This document shows, one piece after another, positions 20,031 through 30,796 of a DNA stretch of 64,000 bases; within the stretch, counting starts at the first letter, position 1, and each line of letters starts with the position of its first letter. Location: NCBI GenBank assembly GCA_963726255.1, contig CAVSBL010000002.1:1856001-1920000 (forward strand), read 5' to 3'. Both the position numbers and the translations under genes were made by a program. Origin of the DNA: Candidatus Bathyarchaeota archaeon (GTDB taxonomy: Archaea > Thermoproteota > Bathyarchaeia > 40CM-2-53-6). The notes beneath the pieces were generated by a model. That model was given only the letters and a program-made list of their open reading frames with translations. It searched no databases and had not been told where the DNA came from.

Positions 20031-20617
20031 TTGATATTGGGGCACAAAGAACTTCTTAACGCATGGAAGAGGAAGGGCATACGCTTTTCTCCAGACATCG
20101 ATCCCAAACAAATGGAATCTCATCCATAGATTTGCGCTTAGGTTATGAATTTTACAAGTTCCAAAGTAGAGCAGGACACAAAATAAACCCGTGTCTTGAC
20201 GAGTTCAACTCCGAAGGCCTCTTCAAAACAGAAAATTACATTGGAAACGACGCACTTGGTAATCCCAAAGTCTTCACGTTGGCCGAGCACGAATTCATTG
20301 TTGGTTTCACGTTAGAAGAAGTTTTTCTCCCTGACAACCTAGCAGCGAGTGTCGAAGGACGTAGCCGATTAGCTAGATATGGCATTGCGGTTCGTACAAC
20401 CGCCTCTCACATTAACCCTGTTTTTGAGGGCCGAATCGCCTTAGAGTTCTACAATCATGGCCCCATCACTATTGAATTGAGACTAGGAATCGATCCCGTA
20501 TGTCAACTCATATTCTACCAAATGAAAACCCCCGTAAGCAAGAAAGTCGCGATTTGAATGAGTACGTTTATGCATCAGAAATCAGCCTACGAACGGCCCA
20601 AACAGGACTCTCAATAG
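20031..20617 (+). pseudogene. dcd: dCTP deaminase (trimeric dUTPase fold), frameshifted at ~20111 with an in-frame TGA at 20555
   Basis: MILGHKEL..FSPDIDPKQ in one frame joins GISSIDLRLG..EGRSRLARYG..INPVFEGRIALEFYN..CQLIF in another; the frame continues past TGA to TAG 20617. Confidence 0.8.
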
Positions 20618-20851
20618 CGGAGAACTCCGGCGAGCTCCCCTCGTGGCCGTGATCGCATTAACCATTATCTTGATTACGGGATTCAAACGCCATACGAGTG
20701 GTTGAAGACCATTGCCTAGGAAAGGTAACCCCATCCTTAGAGCGCGGGTCCCACGGAACTATCAAGCGGCCGTTATACTTGAGGCTCGCAAACTTGGCAT
20801 CACGGTATCGGAGCATGTGCGTAACATTTTGAAAGAACATTTCGAGAGGGT

Positions 20852-21220
20852 GTGGCACACCTTCAAGCCCTCACTAGCCTAGCGAAGCAGTACATGGTCA
20901 CAGTGCAGCGCTCCAGGCAAGGACCCCTGAAGGCCCCCATGAAGAGCGAAAAGGCGGCTGGACTCCCAGGGGCGCCAAAACGGGACAGGCTCGAGCGACT
21001 TGTATGGCAGGCGGTCCAGGAAGCTGTGGCCTACAGCACGACAGAGGACGCCGCGAAGGGGGCGTCGGCCAAGCTGTTGGCACTTCGAGTCGCCAATCTC
21101 CTCATGGGCACAGAGTTGGCCATCCTGAAAGACCAGGACGATGCGTTCGTGGACGAGTTCCTCAAGGAACTGAGAGGTGACACTGATGAGCTGGAGAAAG
21201 AAAATCGAAAACGAAGTTAG
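20852..21220 (+). CDS. Hypothetical helical protein, possibly mobile-element/proviral remnant
   Basis: GC-richer ORF, overlapped by a short downstream ORF MSWRKKIENEVRNRK (21186-21344). Confidence 0.45.
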   Translation: MAHLQALTSLAKQYMVTVQRSRQGPLKAPMKSEKAAGLPGAPKRDRLERLVWQAVQEAVAYSTTEDAAKGASAKLLALRVANLLMGTELAILKDQDDAFVDEFLKELRGDTDELEKENRKRS

Positions 21221-21652
21221 GAACCGGAAGGCTGACGGCGAGGGAGAGGATTCTGGAACGGTTCTCAAAGTCAATTCGCTCAAGAGTTCCAGGAATAGGA
21301 GTATGGAGGCCAATGGCTCAATGAGCGAAAGTTCGCAGCTATGAGGCTTGATGTTCTTGGGTGGATGCGTATTTGTGTGGTACGCAACAACAGTTAAATA
21401 TCAACCTCAGCTAAGGGTGCGCGGCAATTTCCACGGGGGACATTGGAATCCATCCTGAGTGGGCTTGAATGGCGGATTTTCCTCTAGTGCCTGAAATGAT
21501 GCAAAATCAAGCAAATTTTGCTGCAATTTTGTTAATAATTTGGCGTAATGCGTTAAAAGCCATTAAATATCGTGAACAAGCGCATAGCGCAGTAGAGACG
21601 CTTGAATCGGGTTGAGTTCTAGCCGCGGATCCACAAATCGGAGAAATGATGA

Positions 21653-24600
21653 TTGAGAGCACCGAAGGGCCTCAGACTTGTTATTGCGCTGCTGCTCGTT
21701 ACGTCAGCGGTCGTTTCAATCTCCAGCTTCATCCCGCTTCCAGATGTCCAAGGCGTGCCGACACTGGTCGTAACACCGGTGGCAGCACCGCCGGGCTTTG
21801 GCACGATTGCGGTCACTGGTTCAGGATGGACACCTAGTGTAGCTTGTACTATTACGGCGACTGGAAATATTCTTGCAACGACGCCACCATGCAGCATTGA
21901 TGGGACAGGATTTCTTTCAGGTAGCTTCGCTATTGCCACATCTGCTTTTGTTGGGACCTACACATTAACTGTGCAGGACACAACAAATACCAAGACCGCG
22001 TTATTTACGGTGAGCAGGCCTCCTTATGTGGCGCTTAGTGTTTCTGCAGGATCCGCGGGGACTGCTGTCGCCATCACTAGTTCCTTCGCACCCACAGGTG
22101 CAACTACCACTGTTACCACTACTACCGCAACTTTCGGTGGAACCGGCTTATTCCCGAACGTCGACCAAGGCGCCTGCACGCTCAGTTCAATTCCCACCGG
22201 GCTATTCGCGCCGGGTGAGAGTTGTTTCATAGATTCAAGCGGGAGATTGTACTCAACTCAATTCGTTGTAAGTAGTGGCGCGACCCCGGGAGGTTATACA
22301 ATTAACGTTACCGGGTCGCATGGCGATTGGGCCACAATCGGTTTTGTCGTCTTCTCAACCGCTGCTTTCTCCTTGCACCTGAGCCCTAACTCAGGCCTAA
22401 ATGGTCAGGTGATTTTTGTCAGTGCGAGTGGCGCGCCCCCAAACACAGCTTGTAGCCTGCAGTCAAACAACCCGAACCTCATCACCTCGGTGACTGGCCT
22501 CGGGGGTACCAGTACGGGATCAATATCCGGCACCTTCAAAGTAGGCGCAAGTGCTGCAGGTAGGACGGGAGGGGTCGCGGACAACGTGACTTTGATATGT
22601 AGCTCAAGAACGGCTTACACAGACTTCTTCGTAACGCCTAAGATAGTTCTCACCCCTACGGCAAGCGCGGGCAATCAAACGGTATCGTTCACTGGTACGG
22701 GCTTCCGGGCTGATGTCGTGTTTTGCGCTGTAAGTTCAACTCCCAGCGCCAATAATCTCGTTTTCTCTTCGACCGGGATTTGCTCGGTTACTGGAACCGG
22801 CTCAGTCTCAGGCAGTTTCAAGGTAGACCCCGGAAGAGCTAACGGCATTTACAACATTACCGTGACGGGCCTGTTATCTGGCGGAAATGTGACAGGTCTA
22901 TCCTCGCCATTCATGTGGAATATTGCCTTCGCTAATTTCCAGAAAGTATCGTCAGCATTCGTATCAGTGTCACCGAGCCTCGCATCGCCAGGTTATGGTA
23001 CATTAGACGGGACTCCCGTCACAATTTCCGGCGGCGGATTTCCAACCGGAAGCTCCCGCAGTTGCACTGTTTCCTCCTCGAACGCCTCCTTCACCTTTGC
23101 CAGCAGCCCAGGTGTGACGTGCACCATATCGCCCTCGGGGACGGTTTCCGGTAGCTTTGCAGTGGCAGCGAGCTCGACCCCTTCATCGAATAATTCGACG
23201 GGCGCTTACACGATCACTGTCACCGACACGGTCACTCAGCCCTTCCCACCCACTAAACCCTTTGCGTCAACCACATTTGTTGTACTAACACAGCCTACGA
23301 TCGTCCCAATCCCAGCGTCAGGACCCGCGGGGAATCTTGTAACGATAACCACACCTGGCCCCCGAGTATTTCAGCCAAACTTCGACGCTGGTACATGCAC
23401 GATCTCCTCGACGCCAAGTAACATTATTACTACACCCAATTGCTTTATCGATAGCACCGGGAGGATCGCTTCAGCGTCGTTCACGGTTGGCACTGCCGGA
23501 GCTGGCGGATACACGATTAAGGTCACCGGTTTGCATGGAGATTTCGGCACAGCAGTCTTCACGCTGTCCACAACACCATTCTTAACCATCAACCCCTCGA
23601 CAGGTTCACCGCCGCTAGGCTCGCTGGCTGGAACTACTGTGACTATAAGCGGAACCGGCTTCTCATTGTCGGACACATCTTGCATCATCACGCAAATGCC
23701 AAACGATACAAATCATCCATTCTTCGTATCAGGCCAGTCCTGTTCAGTCTCTGGGGGAAGCCTCAGGGCAACGTTTGTGGTAGCGACCGGGGCAACGAAT
23801 GACACGTACACTTTGAAAGTGAAAGGAACACCGGCATATGACTCCCAGACGGTCCAATTCACAATTGTGCCTAGAATTGCGCTTTCGCCAGACTCTGGTC
23901 CAGGGGGAACCCAAGTAACTGTGACGGGTTCAGGTTTCAAGGGAGGCTTTGGCGTCGCTGCGTGCGCCGCAAATCCGCCATCTTTCCCTGTCGGTCAATT
24001 TCTGTCGGTGCCGGGGCCGGGCCAGTTATTCGGTACTCTTAACCAGTGCACTCGTTTCAATGACGGAACGATATCGGGAAGCTTCAACGTTTCGTTAACC
24101 GCTGCTCAGGGTGCCTACCTAGTCGTTGCAAATGCCACTGGAACTGATGCCGCCTCGGCTCCTTTTGCTGTTGGCGCAAGATTACTGACCATAACACCAA
24201 GCGCGGGTGGCGGATTGACGTTTGTAGATGTGACCGGAACAGGTTTCGTTCAAGGTGATGCCTCATGTGCCCTAACGACCAGTCCAGCGACTATATACGT
24301 CACCATGACAAACGTGTGCTCCATTACGAACGGAAATGTTCAAGCTTCCTTTGAGGTCCTTGCTGCCGCTCCGGCCGGAGTCTACAACGTAATTGTTACA
24401 GGTTCACCTAACAATGATATTGGCGTAGGAGTCTTCGCAGTAGCGTTTGTGACTACTACTACAACCACCTCGACATCGTTCACCAGCACGTCTACGCTGA
24501 CAACTGGCACCACAACTTTGACGAGCACAACCCAGGTTTCCACATCGCTGACAACTACCACTTATCAAACAACTGGTGCGTCAACTGAAACTTCCCAAAC

Positions 24601-24823
24601 GTTCACCACAACCACGATTCTTGCACCAACCACAACAACCTATACCACAACCTTTACACTCACAACTTTGTTCGGTACCGCGGTCACAACAGTGGTGGGT
24701 ACTATTACGAAGACGTTGGGTCAAATCATCCGGAGCGTAGAATCGACTTACTCGGACGGTTTTGGATTATTAGCGATCCTAATTGTTCTGAGCCCATACG
24801 TCCTACGGAGGCTATTTGATTGA
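21653..24823 (+). CDS. Large cell-surface protein with ~8 Cys-paired Ig/IPT-like repeats, Thr-rich stalk and C-terminal TM
   Basis: Signal peptide; repeats (P.SG..G..V.(V/I)TG.GF...C....C....G..SG.F.V...A..G.Y.I.V); poly-Thr linker; TM + RRLFD. Confidence 0.85.
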   Translation: MRAPKGLRLVIALLLVTSAVVSISSFIPLPDVQGVPTLVVTPVAAPPGFGTIAVTGSGWTPSVACTITATGNILATTPPCSIDGTGFLSGSFAIATSAFVGTYTLTVQDTTNTKTALFTVSRPPYVALSVSAGSAGTAVAITSSFAPTGATTTVTTTTATFGGTGLFPNVDQGACTLSSIPTGLFAPGESCFIDSSGRLYSTQFVVSSGATPGGYTINVTGSHGDWATIGFVVFSTAAFSLHLSPNSGLNGQVIFVSASGAPPNTACSLQSNNPNLITSVTGLGGTSTGSISGTFKVGASAAGRTGGVADNVTLICSSRTAYTDFFVTPKIVLTPTASAGNQTVSFTGTGFRADVVFCAVSSTPSANNLVFSSTGICSVTGTGSVSGSFKVDPGRANGIYNITVTGLLSGGNVTGLSSPFMWNIAFANFQKVSSAFVSVSPSLASPGYGTLDGTPVTISGGGFPTGSSRSCTVSSSNASFTFASSPGVTCTISPSGTVSGSFAVAASSTPSSNNSTGAYTITVTDTVTQPFPPTKPFASTTFVVLTQPTIVPIPASGPAGNLVTITTPGPRVFQPNFDAGTCTISSTPSNIITTPNCFIDSTGRIASASFTVGTAGAGGYTIKVTGLHGDFGTAVFTLSTTPFLTINPSTGSPPLGSLAGTTVTISGTGFSLSDTSCIITQMPNDTNHPFFVSGQSCSVSGGSLRATFVVATGATNDTYTLKVKGTPAYDSQTVQFTIVPRIALSPDSGPGGTQVTVTGSGFKGGFGVAACAANPPSFPVGQFLSVPGPGQLFGTLNQCTRFNDGTISGSFNVSLTAAQGAYLVVANATGTDAASAPFAVGARLLTITPSAGGGLTFVDVTGTGFVQGDASCALTTSPATIYVTMTNVCSITNGNVQASFEVLAAAPAGVYNVIVTGSPNNDIGVGVFAVAFVTTTTTTSTSFTSTSTLTTGTTTLTSTTQVSTSLTTTTYQTTGASTETSQTFTTTTILAPTTTTYTTTFTLTTLFGTAVTTVVGTITKTLGQIIRSVESTYSDGFGLLAILIVLSPYVLRRLFD

Positions 24824-25860
24824 GATTGTCCAAGCGAGCACTGACTCTGTATCTCATCTTGTCACTTGCACTGGGAGCGGCGAGTTTATCCCTTGCCAGT
24901 CCGCAGACTTTGGTGCAAGGTTTCCTTACGATTACTTCCACATTTATCACAACGACAAGTGCCGGGACGGCTGCTATTACCTCTACAACAACAACCTCTA
25001 TCAGCACCTCCACCACGGCAACTTCGACTAGTACATCATCGACTAGCTTGACTACGAGTTTCAGCTATACGTCGACCAGAACCTTAACGTTCACGAACTC
25101 CAGCACTTCAACTTCCTACACCAGTACAGGCAGCACAATTACGACAACTAGTACCACGAGTACGCAGCCCCTGGCGACCTCAACGCAGGTTGTTGGGCCC
25201 ACGACTACTGTTCTTCCGTCTATCGGCTGCCCTGTGGCTTTTGCCACATCCGGCACTCCCCTAGAGCCTTATGCGAATTTCCTTCGGGGGTTCCGTAACA
25301 ATGAAATTCAGAACACAACTGCGGGGCGGATGTTTATGCAAACCTTCAATGGTTGGTATTACAGTTGGGCACCTTCAGTTACCTATGCGGCCTCTGCGAA
25401 TCCCTGGTTCCTTGACGCACTGCGGGTAGGCGTCTACCCGCTCATCGGAATCCTATACGCGTCCTACTTCTCCTATGTAGCTGTGTCGCCGTTCAGCGCT
25501 GAGGCCGGTGCGTTGGCTGCGGGTGTGGTTGCGGCGTCGCTGATCGGCTTGATCTATGTGGCTCCGATTGCATATGTCTGTACGCGCCTGATTCGTCGCA
25601 GAGCAGGGCTCTTCAGGGCAAAGAAGATGCATGTGTTCCCTGCCCTGGGATGGATGTCGGCTAGCGCCTTGATGCTTGGGGCAGCGTACCTCTCCGCGTC
25701 AGCATGGTTGATGGGAGTCGCCACTGCGAGCCTAACGCTCTCCTTCCTCAGCACGGTAAGCATTTTCGGTGCCCTAGCATTGAATTCAATTCAACCACCC
25801 CTGGCAAACCTATACACTATGGCCTTCGCAGCCAAGCGCATGACTCGTTCCCTGCGCTAA
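24820..25860 (+). CDS. Thr/Ser-rich surface protein with CFI-box-CTERM domain and extra TM helices
   Basis: GCPVAFATSGTPLEPYANFLRGFRNNEIQNTTAGRMFMQTFNGWYYSWAP matches the CFI-box-CTERM consensus; overlaps the previous stop (TTGA). Confidence 0.8.
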   Translation: MRLSKRALTLYLILSLALGAASLSLASPQTLVQGFLTITSTFITTTSAGTAAITSTTTTSISTSTTATSTSTSSTSLTTSFSYTSTRTLTFTNSSTSTSYTSTGSTITTTSTTSTQPLATSTQVVGPTTTVLPSIGCPVAFATSGTPLEPYANFLRGFRNNEIQNTTAGRMFMQTFNGWYYSWAPSVTYAASANPWFLDALRVGVYPLIGILYASYFSYVAVSPFSAEAGALAAGVVAASLIGLIYVAPIAYVCTRLIRRRAGLFRAKKMHVFPALGWMSASALMLGAAYLSASAWLMGVATASLTLSFLSTVSIFGALALNSIQPPLANLYTMAFAAKRMTRSLR

Positions 25861-26031
25861 GAAGTCACTAAGGTCCGCTTTTCTTTAGGTACTTCATCAG
25901 GTTCTCACGTGCCACCTGGATACGTACGTACTCTTCCCTCAGTTCCTGTTCGAGGGGTTGGAGTTGGTCGAGGTTCCAGACTGCTTCCGTGAGTTTTTGG
26001 ATAGCTATGCGGATTCGGTCGCTTCTACCGT

Positions 26032-26577
26032 TCATTTGACTGTGGATTCCAACGGGACGAATGTTTGCGTGTGGTGAACAGCTGGCATTTTTGCTATGCG
26101 GGTTTCGACGATGCTTGCTACTCGTTGTGGGGGCGGGTTGATCATGCTCCTTTCGACTTCGAGTTCAACCAGGATGTCTGACTTCCCGAAGAGTAAGTAG
26201 ACGCCGCGGACTTCGGGGATTTCGAGTATTTTCCGCATGATTTCCTGGGCTGTCCCCGCCTCGCTTGAGATGAAAACGAAGCCTTTAGCGGTTGGGCGTT
26301 CGCTTGGTGCTGCTGGGCGATTTTCTGATTCGATGGGGAGAATTGTACTCGTATCCACCACTCCGCCTGATTTCCTGACCTTTTCTACGACGAGTTCGAC
26401 GACTTTCCGCCTTGGGTCAAGTTCAGTTTCCTGGGACTCCAGGGCGACGAGTAGGTCGAATTTGCCGGTGATTAAGTGGACTTCGCGTACTTCGGGCAGG
26501 GCATTGAAGCGGTCCTGAAGGTCCTTCTCCTTGCCCGGTTTCGCTTTGACTAGGAGGAAACTTCTCAAACTGATCAC
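26032..26577 (-). CDS. Tandem Lrp/AsnC ligand-binding (RAM) domain protein without HTH
   Basis: Two PEV.EV....G..D(L/I)LV repeats. Confidence 0.85.
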   Translation of the reverse strand: MISLRSFLLVKAKPGKEKDLQDRFNALPEVREVHLITGKFDLLVALESQETELDPRRKVVELVVEKVRKSGGVVDTSTILPIESENRPAAPSERPTAKGFVFISSEAGTAQEIMRKILEIPEVRGVYLLFGKSDILVELEVERSMINPPPQRVASIVETRIAKMPAVHHTQTFVPLESTVK

Positions 26578-27219
26578 ACGCTTGTTTTGTGTCGCTTTTG
26601 AGGCTTTGGCGTCATATAAGTTTGAATGACCTGCAAGTTAAACCCTCAAATGAGATGCGTTTGTCGGCTGCCTGCAAGACGTGAGAGAACAAATGTCATA
26701 CCATGAGTGAAGTCGACGCGCACCTTGAGTTGGTTTCATGCTCGGATAATCAGCCCATTGCTTAGGTGGTTGGATTCGAGTTTTCTTCGCGGCTCATCAA
26801 GAGGTGGGCGGGTTCAGGTTGATGCCGACACGGGCACTGTAAAAGTAGAAGAGTGAACTGACGCGTCCGCGGATTTGCGGTTCAGAGAGAAGTTTGCATT
26901 GTCGAGAAGGCTCCGCTGACCTTTTGAAGCCAGTATTTACCTTCGACCTCTCGTGCGTGGTTCGCTATATGCAGTAAGGTTTCGTAGTCCCCGTAGCTAG
27001 TCTATGAAAATACAGGTTTTAGTTTGCATAGCGGGAAATTCCTACGGTTGAAATGGGCCTGCTCAAGCGCGAATGTTTCGAAGACCGCTGCACACATTGT
27101 GTCGTATGCGGGGCTCTACCGTATCAGGTCCGTCCCCATTGCACATCGGAAATGATGAACATCTGCTTGAGTAATGGCTAGTTAACTCATTGGGTTAAGC
27201 AATGTTCTGAGGCTTCGGC

Positions 27220-29130
27220 TTGTCGGCGGTCAAGAGTTCTAAGATCGTAGTCCCCCTTGAATTGAAGCACATGCTCTCGCGAGCTTTGGATGACCCAGAA
27301 AGTTTCTGGGGGGAAATTGCATCAGAGCTGCATTGGTTTCAACGTTGGGACAAGGCTTTCGAATGGAATTACCCAAAATTTTCATGGTTCAACGGCGGCC
27401 TCACGAACCTCGCTTACAACTGCCTGGAACGAAACATTGAACGAGGTAAGGCCAACAACCCCGCAATAATATGGGAGAACGGGGAAGGTCTTCCGAGACG
27501 AGTCTTCACTTATAGTGAACTTCTCTTGGAGGTGAAGAGGTTTGCTGCAGCCCTCAAATCCCTTGGCGTGAAACGCGGCGACCGGGTCACAATCTACATG
27601 CCGATGGTACCCGAGGCAGCCATAGCAATGCTGGCCTGTACACGAATCGGCGCGATTCACTCCGTCGTTTTCGGAGGGTTTGGGTACGGAGCGTTGGCGG
27701 ATAGGATTGAGGATGCGGAATCGCGACTCGTCGTGACTGCAGACGTAGCTTACAGGAGAGGGGGCCTTGTGAACCTCAAGGAAGTTGTCGACGAAGCGCT
27801 GAAAACCGGTAAAAGTAAAGTGGAAAGGGTCGTCGTGTTGAAGCGCGGCGACAAAGTTCCCCCGATGACGGCGGGAAGAGACCTGTTCTGGGATGAGGCA
27901 CTCGAGAAAGGCCGAGAAGCTAACGCTGATGTCGAAAGGATGCGCGCGGATGAGCCGGCGTTCATTCTTCACACATCGGGAACCATGGCCAAACCTAAGG
28001 GCACGGTTCAGCCCCATGGAAGCTACCAAGTCTACATTTACGCGATGGGCAAATGGGTCTACGATATGCGCGAGAGCGAAGTCTGGTGGTCCACCTCAGA
28101 CGTAGGTTGGATTGTCGGCCACAGCTACGTAGTCTACGCACCCCTCCTCTTCGGCTGCACCACGATAATGTACGAAGGGCTTCCAGACCATCCCACGCCA
28201 GACGTTTGGTGGCAGATTCTTGAAAGGAATAAAGTAAGCAAGCTCTGGATCTCGCCCACGGGCGTACGCGCCTTAATGAAATATGGCGACGAGTACCCGA
28301 AGAAGCACGACCTCAGTTCGCTGAAGCTTGTTGTCTGCGCGGGTGAGGTCTTGAACCCACCGGCGTGGGAATGGCTCCAGAAGAAAGTTCTCCGAGACAA
28401 AGTTCCCGTAGTCGATCACATGTGGCAAACTGAAACAAGCGGCCCCATAGTCGGCAGCCCAATCGGAATATCACCCTTGCCGATCAAGCCGGGTTCCGCA
28501 ACCATCCCCCTCCCTGGAGTCGACGCGGACATTGTTGACGAAGAGGGGAAACCTGTGCCCGTGGGTGTTGAGGGAACTTTTGTCATAAGGAAGCCGTTTC
28601 CGGGTTTGACGCCGACACTCTGGCGCGACCACGAGCGGTACGTTGAGAGCTACTGGAACAGGTTCCCAGGCGTCTACACAACCGGCGACGCAGCCCTGAA
28701 GGACGAGGACGGCTACATCTGGTTCCTCGGCAGGGTCGATGAAGTAATCAAGATCTCAGCGCACAGAATCGGCACCATCGAGATTGAAAGTGCTTTACTC
28801 CAACACCAAGCCGTCGCGGAAGCGGCGGTTGTCGGCCGCCCAGACGAACTGAGGGGCGAAACAGCGTGCGCGTTTGTTGTCTTGAAAGGCGGAGTGGAGG
28901 CGACGGACGGCCTGAAGCAGATGTTGAGGGAGTCTGTCAGAAAGACGATGGGCCCAATCGTGATCATAAGCGACATACATTTCGTGAGCAAACTACCCAA
29001 GACGAGAAGTGGCAAGATAATGCGGAGGCTCATTAGGTCGATATTGATGGACAAGCCCCTAGGGGACTTTTCGACGATTGAGGATGACAGCGCAATAGAA
29101 GAGCTGACGCGAGCGGTACACCGATCGTAA
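27220..29130 (+). CDS. acsA: Acetyl-CoA synthetase (AMP-forming), copy 1
   Basis: HTSGTMAKPKG, DVGWIVGHSY, DHMWQTETSG, GRVDEVIK, LPKTRSGKIMRR. Confidence 0.9.
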   Translation: MSAVKSSKIVVPLELKHMLSRALDDPESFWGEIASELHWFQRWDKAFEWNYPKFSWFNGGLTNLAYNCLERNIERGKANNPAIIWENGEGLPRRVFTYSELLLEVKRFAAALKSLGVKRGDRVTIYMPMVPEAAIAMLACTRIGAIHSVVFGGFGYGALADRIEDAESRLVVTADVAYRRGGLVNLKEVVDEALKTGKSKVERVVVLKRGDKVPPMTAGRDLFWDEALEKGREANADVERMRADEPAFILHTSGTMAKPKGTVQPHGSYQVYIYAMGKWVYDMRESEVWWSTSDVGWIVGHSYVVYAPLLFGCTTIMYEGLPDHPTPDVWWQILERNKVSKLWISPTGVRALMKYGDEYPKKHDLSSLKLVVCAGEVLNPPAWEWLQKKVLRDKVPVVDHMWQTETSGPIVGSPIGISPLPIKPGSATIPLPGVDADIVDEEGKPVPVGVEGTFVIRKPFPGLTPTLWRDHERYVESYWNRFPGVYTTGDAALKDEDGYIWFLGRVDEVIKISAHRIGTIEIESALLQHQAVAEAAVVGRPDELRGETACAFVVLKGGVEATDGLKQMLRESVRKTMGPIVIISDIHFVSKLPKTRSGKIMRRLIRSILMDKPLGDFSTIEDDSAIEELTRAVHRS

Positions 29131-29157
29131 GAATGCCAGACGCACACTTCGTAGGCG

Positions 29158-30262
29158 TCAAACCAACGTTGCTGTCGATACTGAATAGATTGGCGGCAAC
29201 CATTGAGCCATCAACCGCCAAGTCTTACCCTCATCGGCGCTGTGGAACAGGTGCCCCATGCGGGTGCCAACATACACGCCCGCTGGGTCCAGCTGGTCCG
29301 TTGCCATGCCTTCCCGGTAGCAGCCAACGTACGCGTTCTGACTCGGCAACCCTTTAACACGTTTCTTCCATGACCTACCAGCGTTCCCGGTTTCGTATAC
29401 TGCGAATTCCTTGTTAGCGACCACGCGGAAGAAATCCCCCTGCTCCGGGACAACGTAGAACCTCTCCGAATCGTGGGGGTGTACCGCCAAAGGAAAACCG
29501 AAACCGCTTGGCAGGCCTGCTGAGATTTCAACCCAACTCTCTGCGCCGTCCTCCGAACGGTAGACGCCGCAATGGTTCTGCTGGTACAAGTTGTTGGGTT
29601 TCTTCGGGTCCATGACGAGCTTGTGCACACACTGCCCGAATTCAGGATATTTTTCGGGCGCGTCAGTCTGCGCGAACATTCCTGTTCTTCACGCCCCAAG
29701 CTTGACCCGCGTCTTCGGATTTGAAGACACCAACCGCTGAAATCCCAACGTACATTCGGTTCTTATGGGAAGGATCGAGAACAATTGAGTGGAGGCATAG
29801 GCCCCCAGCGCCCGGCTGCCATTGCGGGCGCGTGGGATGGTTGTTCAAATTTTCGTTCAATTGCCAATTGTCGCCCCCGTCATCGCTGCGAAACAGGGCG
29901 GCAGGTGCAGTGCCAGCGTAAACGACACCAGGTTCATCAGCAAGGCCTGGCTCCACATGCCAGACATTTTCAACTTTCATTTCAGAGCCTTCAGCGAACC
30001 GAGGCGGAGTCGTCGCGTTCTGCCATGTCTTACCCATATCCATGCTACTCTGCACAGTCGGGCCGAAATGGCCGCTGTTGACCGCCGCGTAAATCGTCTT
30101 TCCATCACGTTTGTCGAAAGCCATGTGGAAGACTGGTGAACTCTCAAAGAACGGACCCTTCATCTTCCATGTCCGCCTGCGAGAATCCGAATGAAGAATG
30201 AATGCGCCTTTCCTAGTTCCTAGGAGAACATACACAGCTGCTTTGCCTTTCTTGCGTGCCAT
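29158..30262 (-). pseudogene. BNR/Asp-box beta-propeller (sialidase/glycosyl hydrolase-like), split by a 1-nt insertion at ~29665
   Basis: ORFs 29663-30262 and 29158-29679 join as NRNVRAD-x-APEKYPEFGQCVH; multiple S.D.G.(T/S)W Asp-boxes. Confidence 0.8.
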
Positions 30263-30271
30263 TGTAATCCA

Positions 30272-30559
30272 TCAACCGCCAGCTACGGCTGGTATAATAT
30301 GCACCCGATCTCCATCTTTGAGCTTTGTCCCCAAACCTTCCCCTGAACGAATGTCGTGCTCATTCACGAATATGTTCACGTACCTTCGGAGCTCTTCGCC
30401 CTCGTCCAAGATGAAAGCTCTCAAGCCAGGAAAGAGATGGTCGAGTTTCACGAGCAGCTCCTCAACGGTGGAAGCGTCTACACCCACCTCTGACCTGTTT
30501 TGAGTATACTGACGGAGGGCGTGTGGAATGTTTATGGTAACCTGCAACGGAACCCGCAA
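30272..30559 (-). CDS. Ubiquitin-like MoaD/ThiS/SAMP sulfur carrier
   Basis: YVNIFVN, LKDGD, C-terminal IIPAVAGG. Confidence 0.9.
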   Translation of the reverse strand: MRVPLQVTINIPHALRQYTQNRSEVGVDASTVEELLVKLDHLFPGLRAFILDEGEELRRYVNIFVNEHDIRSGEGLGTKLKDGDRVHIIPAVAGG

Positions 30560-30796
30560 CGTGCTCAGACAGCTGAGAGTAATTAAATTTCAGTAGTATG
30601 CGAACTGATCCGCATCTGGAGGGTGCTATGCTTTTTGCATTTCTTCTGGGTTGACGGGGTTCGGTGGCATTTCACCATTAAGGCCGGCAATTAGGTTGTC
30701 CACGGCCATATATCGCCAAATAGGGGAATGTCATTTCTTAAATACGACCCTGCCAAGGAATCCGGTTAAGGTGTCTTGCCAGGTTTTGATTGATCA

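Noticed and set aside
20555-20557. Selenocysteine/readthrough TGA in dcd
   Set aside because: The gene also has a frameshift and the position is not catalytic; decay is more parsimonious
24440-25210. ACN-rich repetitive DNA
   Set aside because: Explained by Thr/Ser-rich protein linkers
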